Source of the DNA: Gemmatimonadales bacterium
GTDB taxonomy: Bacteria; Gemmatimonadota; Gemmatimonadetes; Gemmatimonadales; GWC2-71-9
Reading direction: 5' to 3'
Assembly: GCA_038320055.1 (NCBI GenBank)
Contig: JBBQDU010000002.1
Span: 1 to 44,717 of the forward strand
Length of the DNA stretch: 44,717 nt
Within the stretch, counting starts at the first letter, position 1. Each line of letters opens with the position of its first letter. The translations under genes were made by a program, and so were the position numbers. Positions 28,441 through 36,829 of the stretch are shown here, piece after piece. The notes beneath the pieces are model-generated. The model ran no database searches. It was not told where the DNA came from and worked only from the letters and a program-made list of their open reading frames with translations.

Positions 28441-29249
28441 CCCACGTCCCTCAGCGCCCGCTCGACCGCCGCCGCCGGCGCCTCCGCCAGCCCCGCCTCC
28501 CGCGCCAACCGTAGCGCCTCGAGTCCAAGCACGCGATAGAGCTCGCGGTCGCGTTCGTCCAGGGCGTCCAGATGCTTTCGTACGGTCGCCTCGTCGCCGC
28601 GACGCACCGGTCCGGTAAGCGCCGCGGCCGGGCCGAGCGTGAGATTCGCGACCGATCCTTGGAGAAGCGGGAGGTAGAGCGAAGCTGCCACGGCAGGCGG
28701 CACTCCCGCCTCCCGCGCCAATCGTTCGGCGACCGACGCGAGCACGATCGCATAATTGGACGCGATGACCGCCGCGGCGTGGTAGGCCGGCTTGGCGCCC
28801 GGAGCGAGTCGCACGGGGCGCATGCCGAGCAGCGCGGCGAGCCGCTCACCGGCCTCGAGGGCGCGGTCGTCGCCTTCCAGACCCGCGAAGGCACCGGCCA
28901 GGCGGGCCCGCGCCGTCGTCACGTCCGCGATGGATTGCAGCGGGTGAAACGAGCCGAGCCCGGCACCGGTGTCGGCCAGTGCGTGGAGGGCGAGCCGGTC
29001 GAGGAGCCCGGAAAGGTGCAGCACGACTTGGTCGGCGCGGATGTCACCGTCCCGAGCCAGCTCGGCCGCCACGCCGCCGATCGCGTCGTCCGGCGTGGCG
29101 ATGAGCACCAGGCCTGCGCGGCGCGTCTCCTCCCGGCGGCGCGTGCGTCCGAGCACCGACACACTGCTCCCCGCGCCGGCCAGCGCCGTCGCGAGCCCGC
29201 GACCCATGCGCCCGGCGCCGATGATGGCGACCGTGGTCTCGGGGTTCAT
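28434..29249 (-). CDS. Rossmann-fold NAD(P)-binding protein with DUF2520-type C-terminal domain
   Basis: VAIIGAGRMGRGLATAL dinucleotide-binding motif and C-terminal LTGPVRRGD..TV.KHL motif, as I recall for DUF2520 proteins. It overlaps the LolA-like gene 3' end convergently by 7 nt. Confidence 0.75.
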   Translation of the reverse strand: MNPETTVAIIGAGRMGRGLATALAGAGSSVSVLGRTRRREETRRAGLVLIATPDDAIGGVAAELARDGDIRADQVVLHLSGLLDRLALHALADTGAGLGSFHPLQSIADVTTARARLAGAFAGLEGDDRALEAGERLAALLGMRPVRLAPGAKPAYHAAAVIASNYAIVLASVAERLAREAGVPPAVAASLYLPLLQGSVANLTLGPAAALTGPVRRGDEATVRKHLDALDERDRELYRVLGLEALRLAREAGLAEAPAAAVERALRDVGH

Positions 29250-29273
29250 CCGCTAATCTCCAGGTTCCAGGCG

Positions 29274-29309
29274 CAGCGAAGGGGGCATGCTCCGAGGCAT
29301 GCCCCCTTC
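29274..29309 (-). terminator. perfect 15-bp stem-loop between S41 protease stop and DUF2520 gene start
   Basis: GCGAAGGGGGCATGC (29274-29288), loop TCCGAG, GCATGCCCCCTTCGC (29295-29309). No flanking U-tract on either strand. Confidence 0.45.
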
Positions 29310-29346
29310 GCCATTCCGCGGGGGACCGCGGGCACCGGCACCGCGC

Positions 29347-30993
29347 TCAGTTCGGAGCCGCCACCGCGGCCCGGCTTGCCATAGCGAGGCCGAGCAGCTC
29401 CCGGGGCGTGCCCGCTTTCCGCAGCAGGCCCATCGCGGTCTGCATCTGGGCGTCGTTCTTCACCCGGCGCTGGAACTCGGCGGGCCGGCCGAACACGTAC
29501 CTGGCGATCTCGTAGCCGAGCTGGTCGTTGATCAGGCCGCTGGCCCCTTCGTAGACCTGTGGCGACATGTCGATCCCCTTCGCCTTGAGCCGCCGGTAGA
29601 CCTCGAGGCGCATCGCGGGCGTGACCGTGAACGACTCCGTCCCAACCGTGCCGTTCCGCTTGGTGTCGAGCGCGAAGGTCGCCAGGACGTTGCGATACTC
29701 CGGGACCAGGTTCCCGAGCGCCTTGGCGAACGCGCGCTCGCTGGCATTCAGCGTATCCGGCCGGATCACCAGGTCGGGCACGATACCCCCGCCGCCGCGC
29801 ACTACGCGCCCGGCGTCCGTGTGGTAAACCGGTCTGCTCTGAATCGCGGAGTCGGTGTGCGCCTGGTCCGGGATCCCGGGAACCGTGTCGCCCGCCTCGG
29901 TGGCCGCCTGCAGCGCCTGATCTTCCTCGCTCTTGGCGATCCGCTGGATGGTCCGGCCGCTGGGCGTGAACCAGCGGGCGGTCGTCAGCTTGAGCGCCAC
30001 GCCGTCCCCCAGGGGGAACAGGGTCTGCACCAGACCCTTGCCGAAGGTTGGCGTGCCGACCACCACGGCCCGATCGTGATCCTGCAGCGCGCCCGCGATG
30101 ATCTCGGCGGCGCTGGCGGTGCCGTCGTTGACCAGGACGACGATGGGAAGCTCCGGCCAGGCCTGCTTGGCCTCGTCGTAGAACTCCTTGGTGGACCCCC
30201 GCGCCCGCCCGCGGGTGGCGACGATCTCCTGACGATTGTCGAGGAACAAGTCCGCGACCTTCACCCCCTGGTCGAGCAGCCCGCCCGGGTTGAGCCGAAG
30301 ATCAAGGATCAGCGACTTCATCCCCTTCGACTTCATGGCGGTGATCTCGCTCCGCAGCTCCTCGGCCGACGTCTCCGCGACCGGGGTGAGCGAGATGTAG
30401 CCGACCCCGCCCTCGAACAGCGTGCCCGGCGGCACAGAGCGGATGTGAATCCGGGCGCGCGTGAGCGTGTACTTGATCGGGTCGGCCACCCCCGCGCGGC
30501 GCACCGAGATGGCCACCTTGGAGCCCGCCTCGCCGCGTAGCGACTTCACGGCCTCGTCGTTCTTCCAGCCCTCGGTGGACTTGCCGTCGACCTCGGTGAT
30601 CTGGTCGCCCGTGGCCACGCCCGCCCGCTCCGCCGGGGTATCCGGCAGCGGGGCCACCACGGTGATCCACCCGTCGCGGGCCTCGATCTGGATGCCCAGG
30701 CCGGCATAGTTGCCCGACGTCTGCTCGGTGAGCGCCTTGTAGTCGTCGCCGGTCAGGAGCACCGAGTACGGATCCTTCAATTGCTCCAGCATTCCGCGGG
30801 TGGCGCGATCGTACAGGTCGGTCTCGCCGATCGAATCGACATAGTAGGCGTTGACGTGGCCCAGCACATCGTCGAACAGACGCGCCTGCTGATACACGTT
30901 CCCGCCGCTGGCGATGCCCCGCTGCAGCAACCAGCCGCCGCTCATGAACGAGATCACCGCCACCAGCACGATCAGACTCCAGCGCTGCTTCAT
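29347..30993 (-). CDS. carboxyl-terminal processing protease (peptidase S41) with PDZ domain
   Basis: 548 aa with an N-terminal anchor MKQRWSLIVLVAVISFMSGG and a PDZ segment (GLGIQIEARDGWITVVAPLPDTPAERAGV..GD.I.EVDG). The S41 core carries LILDLR.NPGG and VVLVNDGTASAAEI...ALQD. Confidence 0.9.
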   Translation of the reverse strand: MKQRWSLIVLVAVISFMSGGWLLQRGIASGGNVYQQARLFDDVLGHVNAYYVDSIGETDLYDRATRGMLEQLKDPYSVLLTGDDYKALTEQTSGNYAGLGIQIEARDGWITVVAPLPDTPAERAGVATGDQITEVDGKSTEGWKNDEAVKSLRGEAGSKVAISVRRAGVADPIKYTLTRARIHIRSVPPGTLFEGGVGYISLTPVAETSAEELRSEITAMKSKGMKSLILDLRLNPGGLLDQGVKVADLFLDNRQEIVATRGRARGSTKEFYDEAKQAWPELPIVVLVNDGTASAAEIIAGALQDHDRAVVVGTPTFGKGLVQTLFPLGDGVALKLTTARWFTPSGRTIQRIAKSEEDQALQAATEAGDTVPGIPDQAHTDSAIQSRPVYHTDAGRVVRGGGGIVPDLVIRPDTLNASERAFAKALGNLVPEYRNVLATFALDTKRNGTVGTESFTVTPAMRLEVYRRLKAKGIDMSPQVYEGASGLINDQLGYEIARYVFGRPAEFQRRVKNDAQMQTAMGLLRKAGTPRELLGLAMASRAAVAAPN

Positions 30994-31086
30994 ACCCGCC
31001 TCCGGTCACGCGGAATGCCTGCGTCGGCCGTCGACCTACGCCGTCGGCCTACGCGGAGGGAACGTCGATGTGACTGCCGCCCGAAC

Positions 31087-31728
31087 TCAACTCCTCGTGG
31101 CCCCGAATCGGGTCGGTGCCACCCCCACGACCTCGTCCCAGGCAGCCTGCAAGAGCCGGTCCGGCGGCAGGCACCCATCCAAATGTCGCACCCCGTGACC
31201 CCGGACCGCCAGATAGTAGTCCAGGACCCGACGGTGGAACTCGGCGCTCTCCGCGTCCAGCCGGTCGAGCTGCTTCCCCGAGGCCAGCTGCCGGGCCCGG
31301 CCCACGTCGGGCGGCAGGTCGAGGATCAGCGTGAGGTCGGGCCGGAGGCCGCCGACCGCGGCCCGGTTGGCCGGCAGGACGACCTCGGCGGACGCCCCCC
31401 GCCCCGCCATCTGATAGGCCTCCGTGGAGAGCGAGAAGCGGTCGGACAGCACCACACGGCCCTCACGAAGGGCCGGTGCAATCACTTCCTCGACCAGCTG
31501 CGCGCGCGCCGCCAGATAGAAGAACAGCTCCGCGAGCGTGCCCACGGGGTGCTCGGGGTCCAGCAGCGCCCGCCGGGCGATCTCCCCTGCCCTGGTACCT
31601 CCCGGCTCGCGGACGACCACGGGGTCCTCGCCCCGTTCCCGCATCCGTTCCGCGAGGGGCTGCGCCAGCGTCGACTTGCCCGAGCCTTCGGGCCCCTCGA
31701 GCACGACGAAGAGCCCGCGGCCGCTCAT
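31087..31728 (-). CDS. tmk: dTMP (thymidylate) kinase
   Basis: An internal ATG at 31728 gives 213 aa starting MSGRGLFVVLEGPEGSGKST (P-loop), with DRF..S..AYQ. The upstream 156 codons of the ORF-track ORF overlap the YlbF-like gene and are rejected. Confidence 0.9.
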   Translation of the reverse strand: MSGRGLFVVLEGPEGSGKSTLAQPLAERMRERGEDPVVVREPGGTRAGEIARRALLDPEHPVGTLAELFFYLAARAQLVEEVIAPALREGRVVLSDRFSLSTEAYQMAGRGASAEVVLPANRAAVGGLRPDLTLILDLPPDVGRARQLASGKQLDRLDAESAEFHRRVLDYYLAVRGHGVRHLDGCLPPDRLLQAAWDEVVGVAPTRFGATRS

Positions 31729-32078
31729 CCCAGCGTGATGATGCTGCTGGCCGCGCCTTTCTCCATCCCCTCGCTGATCTGTTGGTTCACCTTCGTCATG
31801 AGCTTCTCGAAGTTCGACCGGGCGACGACGTACGCCTGGCCTACCGGGCTCATCTCGAGATCCCGAACCGCAGTCTCGTAGGACTCGGCGGTGGCCTGGT
31901 CCGGCATCTGGCCGGTGGCCACCGTCTGATCGACCTGCCGGGCGAGCGTCTGAATGAGATCGAGCTTCGCCACGGTCTCCTTGTCCTCGCGGAGCGTCGC
32001 CTCCGCCCGCCGAAGCGTCTGATATTCCGTCGACTGGCCGATCTGTCTCCCGAGGTCCTGCGCCTTGTCCCAGATCAA
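31725..32078 (-). CDS. YlbF/YmcA (UPF0342/DUF964-like) family protein
   Basis: 117-aa helical protein. A..L...I..S.EY..L..AE..L..D.E...L (DKAQDLGRQIGQSTEYQTLRRAEATLREDKETVAKL) resembles the YlbF/YheA family. It has 4-nt overlaps with prmC (TTGA) and tmk (ATGA). Confidence 0.6.
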   Translation of the reverse strand: MIWDKAQDLGRQIGQSTEYQTLRRAEATLREDKETVAKLDLIQTLARQVDQTVATGQMPDQATAESYETAVRDLEMSPVGQAYVVARSNFEKLMTKVNQQISEGMEKGAASSIITLG

Positions 32079-32932
32079 GGGGCTTCACTCCTGCGCGCGA
32101 GCAGATAGCGCTCGCGGCCAAAAAGGTCCGCGTGAATGGCGACGTCGGTCCACCCCGCCGCGCCGGCCCGCCAGGCGCAGAGCGCCGCCCGGGCACAATC
32201 GATTTCCACCATCAGCCAGCCGCCCGGCCGCACCACCTCGTACCCCTGCGACACTAGCTGCCCGAAAGCCTCGAGGCCGTCCGCTCCTCCGTCGAGCGCC
32301 GCTGCCGGCTCCCAGTCGCGGACCGACGGGTCGAGGGCGGCGTGCTCGGCAGTCGTAAGATAGGGGGGATTGGAGACGAGCGCGTCGAGGCTGGAGGGCC
32401 GCAGTGGACGGCAGAAATCCCCACGCACAAAGGCGACCCGTGCCCCCGTGAGACGGCGATTCTCTTCGGCCAGGCGCAGGGCGTCCGCCGCGAGGTCGAT
32501 GGCCACGACCTCATGGTAGTGCCCTTCGCCGGCGAGGCTCAGGGCGATGCAGCCGGTCCCGGTTCCGACGTCCGCCACCCGGCCCGCCGGCGCGCGCGCG
32601 AGCACCAGATCGACCAGCCCCTCGGTCTCCGGACGCGGGATCAGCGCGCGTGCATCCGAGCGCAGCGTCAGGTGGCGAAATCCAGCCCGCCCCGCCACGT
32701 AGGCGAACGGCTCTCCCGCTGCACAGCGACGGATGGCCGCCGCAAACGCGGCTGCCCGCTCGCGCGGCACTGGTTGCCCTGCGTCGAGCAGCACCGCGTC
32801 CGGCGTCTCGTCCGCGACTTCGGCCCACAACCGGAGCGCTTCCCGCCGAGGGCCGCCGAGGCCGGCGGCTTCGAGTGCCGCCGTCCCGTCGGCGATCAGC
32901 AGACGCCGCGAGACTTCGACGTCAGACCGCAT
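32075..32932 (-). CDS. prmC: release-factor glutamine N5-methyltransferase
   Basis: SAM-binding [13 protein letters not shown] and catalytic SNPPY motif. It lies directly downstream of prfA with an 11-nt overlap. Confidence 0.9.
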   Translation of the reverse strand: MRSDVEVSRRLLIADGTAALEAAGLGGPRREALRLWAEVADETPDAVLLDAGQPVPRERAAAFAAAIRRCAAGEPFAYVAGRAGFRHLTLRSDARALIPRPETEGLVDLVLARAPAGRVADVGTGTGCIALSLAGEGHYHEVVAIDLAADALRLAEENRRLTGARVAFVRGDFCRPLRPSSLDALVSNPPYLTTAEHAALDPSVRDWEPAAALDGGADGLEAFGQLVSQGYEVVRPGGWLMVEIDCARAALCAWRAGAAGWTDVAIHADLFGRERYLLARRSEAP

Positions 32933-33980
32933 CCTGTTCCTGCCGGCTCGCCATGCGGAGGGCCTCGATCAGCTCATCCAGATCGCCGTCCACCACGTGA
33001 GCCAGAGTGTGGATGGACAGGCCGATCCGATGATCGGTCACGCGGCTCTGGGGGAAATTATAGGTGCGAATCTTGGCCGAGCGGTCGCCGGTTCCCACCA
33101 TGGACCGGCGGTCGCGCGCACGCGCGGCCTCCTGCTCGGCGATCATGCGATCCAGCAGCCGTGCACGCAGCACTTCCATCGCCTTCAGCTTGTTCTGGAG
33201 CTGCGATTTCTGGTCCTGCTGGCTCACCACCAGTCCGGTCGGAAGATGGGTAATGCGGACGGCGCTGTCGGTGGTATTCACGCTCTGTCCGCCCGGGCCG
33301 GAGGAGCGGAACACGTCGATCTTGATGTCGTTCGCCTCGATCTTGATGTCCACTTCTTCCGCCTCGGGCAGCACCGCCACCGTGGCCGCCGAGGTGTGAA
33401 TGCGCCCCTGCGTTTCGGTGGCCGGCACGCGCTGGACCCGATGGACGCCGGATTCGCGCCGGAGCAGACCGAAGGCCTCGGGGCCGCGCACGGCGACGAT
33501 CGCCTCCTTGAGACCGCCGAGGGTGCCGTCGCTGAGGGACATCGGCTCCCAGCGGAGGCCATGGCGTTCGGAATAGCGCTGGTACATCCGATACAGATCC
33601 GCAGCGAACAGAGCGGCCTCATCCCCGCCCGTTCCGGCACGGATCTCCATGATCGCGTCGCGATCGTCGTGCGGGTCGCGCGGCATCAACAGCGTCTGCA
33701 GCTCGTCGGAGAGCGGTGCCAGCTCGACGGGGAGGCGCGCCAGATCGGCCCGCGCCAACGCAACAAGCTCGGGATCCGCCTCCGAGGCGAGCTCCCGAGC
33801 CTGCTCCAGCTCATTTTCCAGCCGCGCCACCCGCTCGGCCAGCCGAACGATCGGCGCGAGCCGCGCGTGCTCCCGACCCAGCGCCTGGAGCTGTGCCGAA
33901 TCGCGGGCCACGTCCGGGTCGGCGAGGAGCCGCTCGACCTCCGCCGCCCGCTGAAGCGCCTGGCGGAGTCGAGCGGCCAC
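32922..33980 (-). CDS. prfA: peptide chain release factor 1
   Basis: RF1-specific P-A-T tripeptide ([14 protein letters not shown]) and GGQ motif ([24 protein letters not shown]). GTG start. Confidence 0.97.
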   Translation of the reverse strand: MAARLRQALQRAAEVERLLADPDVARDSAQLQALGREHARLAPIVRLAERVARLENELEQARELASEADPELVALARADLARLPVELAPLSDELQTLLMPRDPHDDRDAIMEIRAGTGGDEAALFAADLYRMYQRYSERHGLRWEPMSLSDGTLGGLKEAIVAVRGPEAFGLLRRESGVHRVQRVPATETQGRIHTSAATVAVLPEAEEVDIKIEANDIKIDVFRSSGPGGQSVNTTDSAVRITHLPTGLVVSQQDQKSQLQNKLKAMEVLRARLLDRMIAEQEAARARDRRSMVGTGDRSAKIRTYNFPQSRVTDHRIGLSIHTLAHVVDGDLDELIEALRMASRQEQDAV

Positions 33981-33983
33981 CCC

Positions 33984-34205
33984 TTACGCCTTGGCGGCGG
34001 CGGCCGGCTCCGTCTGGTACCGCCGGCGGAACCGATCGACGCGACCGGCCGTGTCGACCAGGCGCTGCTTGCCGGTGAAATACGGGTGGCACTGCGCGCA
34101 CACTTCCACATGGATCGAGGCGGACGTCGAGCGGGTCTCGAACGAATTCCCGCACGCGCAGACGGCTGTGAGCTTCTTGTAGCTCGGGTGCAGATCGGGC
34201 TTCAC
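33984..34205 (-). CDS. rpmE: 50S ribosomal protein L31 (Zn-ribbon C-x-C ... C-x-x-C form)
   Basis: [27 protein letters not shown]...[18 protein letters not shown] start with AGGAG 7 nt upstream. Confidence 0.95.
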   Translation of the reverse strand: MKPDLHPSYKKLTAVCACGNSFETRSTSASIHVEVCAQCHPYFTGKQRLVDTAGRVDRFRRRYQTEPAAAAKA

Positions 34206-34416
34206 TGTGCAGCTCCTGAGTTGATGCTAAGCCGGTAAACATAGCCGCGGTGGGCAGTTAATGGAAGCCGGGAGGGACGCTGACCGGGTAGAGACGCCTG
34301 CCGCGACTTGAGCCGCCACGCCGCGCCGCCGACAAGGACAGGGCGATCTCTCCGTCCGCAGGGTGGAGCGAGGGTTCACCACTGCTGGGAAACGGCCGGA
34401 TGACGCCGTGAGCTGA

Positions 34417-34445
34417 TTGACACTCACTCCGGCTGCAAGTATAGT
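34417..34445 (+). promoter_or_regulatory. near-consensus sigma70-type promoter of the Crp/Fnr-family gene
   Basis: TTGACA (34417-34422), a 17-nt spacer, then TATAGT (34440-34445). GAGG lies at 34471-34474 and the GTG start at 34480. The TTG used as the ORF-track start is the -35 box itself. Confidence 0.55.
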
Positions 34446-34479
34446 ACCCCCAACTACTTCCGATCCCTGTGAGGCTCGA

Positions 34480-35157
34480 GTGCCCCTGGCTCCCATCGAA
34501 GTCCTGCGCAAGGTTCCGCTCTTCTCCGGTCTCGGGGAGAGCGATCTGACGGCGTTCGCCGAGTTGACGCGCGAGCGCAGCTACCCCAAGGGCAGCGTCA
34601 TCGTCTTCGAGGACGATCCGGGGGACGCTCTCTACCTCGTGGCCGCCGGACAGGTCAAGGTGGTGATCATCGCGGAGGACGGTCGCGAGGTGATTCTGTC
34701 GGTTCTGGGCGAAGGCAGCTTCTTCGGCGAGATGGCCGTCATCGACGACGAGCCCCGGTCGGCGCACGTGATCGCCATGGAAGATTCAGGGCTGCTGGTG
34801 CTCCGGCGGGAGGATTTCTATTCCCGGCTTCGGAGCTCGCCCGAGGTGGCCATCTCGCTCCTGCGCGAGATCTCCCGGCGGCTCCGCCGCGCCGACGAGA
34901 AGATCGGCAGTCTGGTGCTGCTCGACGTCAACGGACGGGTGGCGCACCTCCTCCTCCGCATGGCCGACGACGAAGGGGGTGACCACATCACCAGGAAGCT
35001 CACCCATCACACCATCGCCCAGATGATCGGGTCCAGCCGGGAAACCGTGTCCCGGACGATGCGGAACCTCGTGGAACGGGGGATCATCCAGGTGACGAGG
35101 AAGGAAATCACCCTCCGGGACCGTCGCTCGCTCATGCTGGCCGCCCGCCGGACGTGA
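34480..35157 (+). CDS. Crp/Fnr family transcriptional regulator (cNMP-binding domain + HTH)
   Basis: cNMP-binding signature FFGEMAVIDDEPRSAHVIA and C-terminal HTH TIAQMIGSSRETVSRTMRNL. The start is moved to GTG 34480 because of the promoter upstream. Confidence 0.85.
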   Translation: MPLAPIEVLRKVPLFSGLGESDLTAFAELTRERSYPKGSVIVFEDDPGDALYLVAAGQVKVVIIAEDGREVILSVLGEGSFFGEMAVIDDEPRSAHVIAMEDSGLLVLRREDFYSRLRSSPEVAISLLREISRRLRRADEKIGSLVLLDVNGRVAHLLLRMADDEGGDHITRKLTHHTIAQMIGSSRETVSRTMRNLVERGIIQVTRKEITLRDRRSLMLAARRT

Positions 35158-35252
35158 ACGCGGTCACGCGCTTCCTGTGACTCGGAACGCGGCCAGCCGG
35201 GTCGGGCAAGGGCAAGTTCCATGATGGGCCCTTCCTCGAACGGCCGGTCCCC

Positions 35253-36119
35253 GTGTCCTATCGGCTGACGTTCTGGGGCACCCGGGGCTCCATTCCGACT
35301 CCGGGCCCGCAGACGATGCGCTACGGCGGGAACACCGCCTGCATCAGCCTCACCAGCACCGACGGCCGCCTCACCATTCTCGACGCCGGCAGCGGTCTTC
35401 GGTCGCTGGGCCGCGAGCTCATGAGCGCCCGCGGCCGCACCCTGTCGGCCGACCTCCTCCTGTCGCACACCCACTGGGATCACATCCAGGGCCTGCCGTT
35501 CTTCAAGCCCCTGAGCGCGAGCGGCAATCGCTTCTGCGTGTTCGGCGCGGCCCAGGAAGGCGTGCCGCTCCGGGAGATTCTGCGGCGGCAGATGGACCCC
35601 ATGGTGTTCCCGGTGCCGTTGGAGGCGCTCGCGGCGAGAATCGAGGTGCATGAGATCGTCGCGGGTGACATCGACCTCGAGGATTTCCACGTGCGCGCCT
35701 TCCGGCTTCGGCATCCCGGCACCACCCTGGGCTACCGGATCCAACCAAAGGCCGGCGGGCGCGAGATCGCCTATCTCACCGACAACGAGCTGGGATCCGG
35801 TGGCACGTATCCGGTCTCGGATGACTGGCGCGCGCGCCTGGTGGACTTTCTGGCCGGGACCGACACCCTGATTCACGACGCGATGTACGCGGAGCGATTC
35901 ATCCAGACGCGAGCGGGCTGGGGCCACTCGACCCCGCGGCAGGCGGTGGAGCTCGCCGCCGACGCGGCGTGCACACGGCTGATCCTGTTTCATCACGAGC
36001 CGGAGCACGACGACGCCACGATCGACCTGCTGCTCGCGGACGCACGTGAGCACGCGCAGCGGGTGGCCCCGAAGCTGATCGTGGAGGCGGCAGTCGAAGG
36101 GAGTGGGTTTTCCCTGTGA
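35253..36119 (+). CDS. MBL-fold metallo-hydrolase (Lactamase_B_2-like; possible phosphodiesterase)
   Basis: 288 aa with the HTHWDHIQG metal-binding motif, followed later by conserved D/H positions (HDAMY, GHST, LFHHEP). Confidence 0.8.
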   Translation: MSYRLTFWGTRGSIPTPGPQTMRYGGNTACISLTSTDGRLTILDAGSGLRSLGRELMSARGRTLSADLLLSHTHWDHIQGLPFFKPLSASGNRFCVFGAAQEGVPLREILRRQMDPMVFPVPLEALAARIEVHEIVAGDIDLEDFHVRAFRLRHPGTTLGYRIQPKAGGREIAYLTDNELGSGGTYPVSDDWRARLVDFLAGTDTLIHDAMYAERFIQTRAGWGHSTPRQAVELAADAACTRLILFHHEPEHDDATIDLLLADAREHAQRVAPKLIVEAAVEGSGFSL

Positions 36120-36130
36120 GAGGAGCGGTC

Positions 36131-36829
36131 ATGGAACGCACGAGGACGTGGGCGGGAGCCGTTGCCGCACTCTCGTTGGCCTTGCCGCTGCACGCCCAGG
36201 GCACGCGGCCCGCCATCGCCGTGCTTCCGTTCGAGAACGGCGGATCCTACGGCCAGGACAGGGAGAATTTCGAGGCGCTCCAAGTCGGGCTGCCTCTCAT
36301 TCTCTCGTCCACGCTCGCCGCGCACCCGGGTGCCCGGATCGTGGAAGCGGGCGCCATGCGGGACGCGATGAGCCGGCAGCAACTCGGCCCGGGGCGGCGG
36401 TTCGACGCGGCCTCGGCCATCGCGGTGGCCAAGGGCGCCGGCGCGCGGTACGCCGTGACCGGCAGCTTCGCGGATTTCTACGGCAAGTTCCGCATCAACG
36501 CCCGGGTCGTGGACGCCGAATCGGGTCAGATTCTGAAGGTGGTGTCCAACGACGACCCGTCACTGCAGGATCGGGCGCAACTCGGCGCCATCCTGCAGCT
36601 CGTGAGCGAGCGGCTCGTGGCGGCCGTAGGTCTGCCGCCGATGCCGGGCGACGCGGCCGCCCGCCTCCGGGCCGTGCCGACGGAGGCGCTGATCGAGCTG
36701 AGCCGAGGGTTGATGTTCGAATCGCGGGGCGACCAGGCGAAGGCGGCCGACGCCTTCCGCCGCGCCCTCGGCATCTACCCCGACTATCCGGAGGCCCGGG
36801 ACGGGCTCGCGAGGGTGCGCGGCGCCTGA
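36131..36829 (+). CDS. secreted TolB-N-terminal-like domain protein with C-terminal TPR-like helix pair
   Basis: ATG 36131 has AGGAG 5 nt upstream and signal peptide MERTRTWAGAVAALSLALPLHAQG. IAVLPFEN... is typical of the TolB-amino-terminal-like (COG5616-type) module. The C-terminus AADAFRRALGIYPDYPEA is TPR-like. Confidence 0.6.
   Translation: MERTRTWAGAVAALSLALPLHAQGTRPAIAVLPFENGGSYGQDRENFEALQVGLPLILSSTLAAHPGARIVEAGAMRDAMSRQQLGPGRRFDAASAIAVAKGAGARYAVTGSFADFYGKFRINARVVDAESGQILKVVSNDDPSLQDRAQLGAILQLVSERLVAAVGLPPMPGDAAARLRAVPTEALIELSRGLMFESRGDQAKAADAFRRALGIYPDYPEARDGLARVRGA

Noticed and set aside
31729-32196. N-terminal extension of tmk ORF (31087..32196)
   Set aside because: It overlaps the YlbF-like gene. 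The P-loop of Tmk lies immediately after the internal ATG at 31728, which forms an ATGA overlap.
34417-34479. TTG 34417 as start of the Crp/Fnr gene (ORF-track start)
   Set aside because: This TTG is the first half of a TTGACA -35 box in a near-consensus promoter. The downstream GTG 34480 has a GAGG SD, and the cNMP domain begins just after it.
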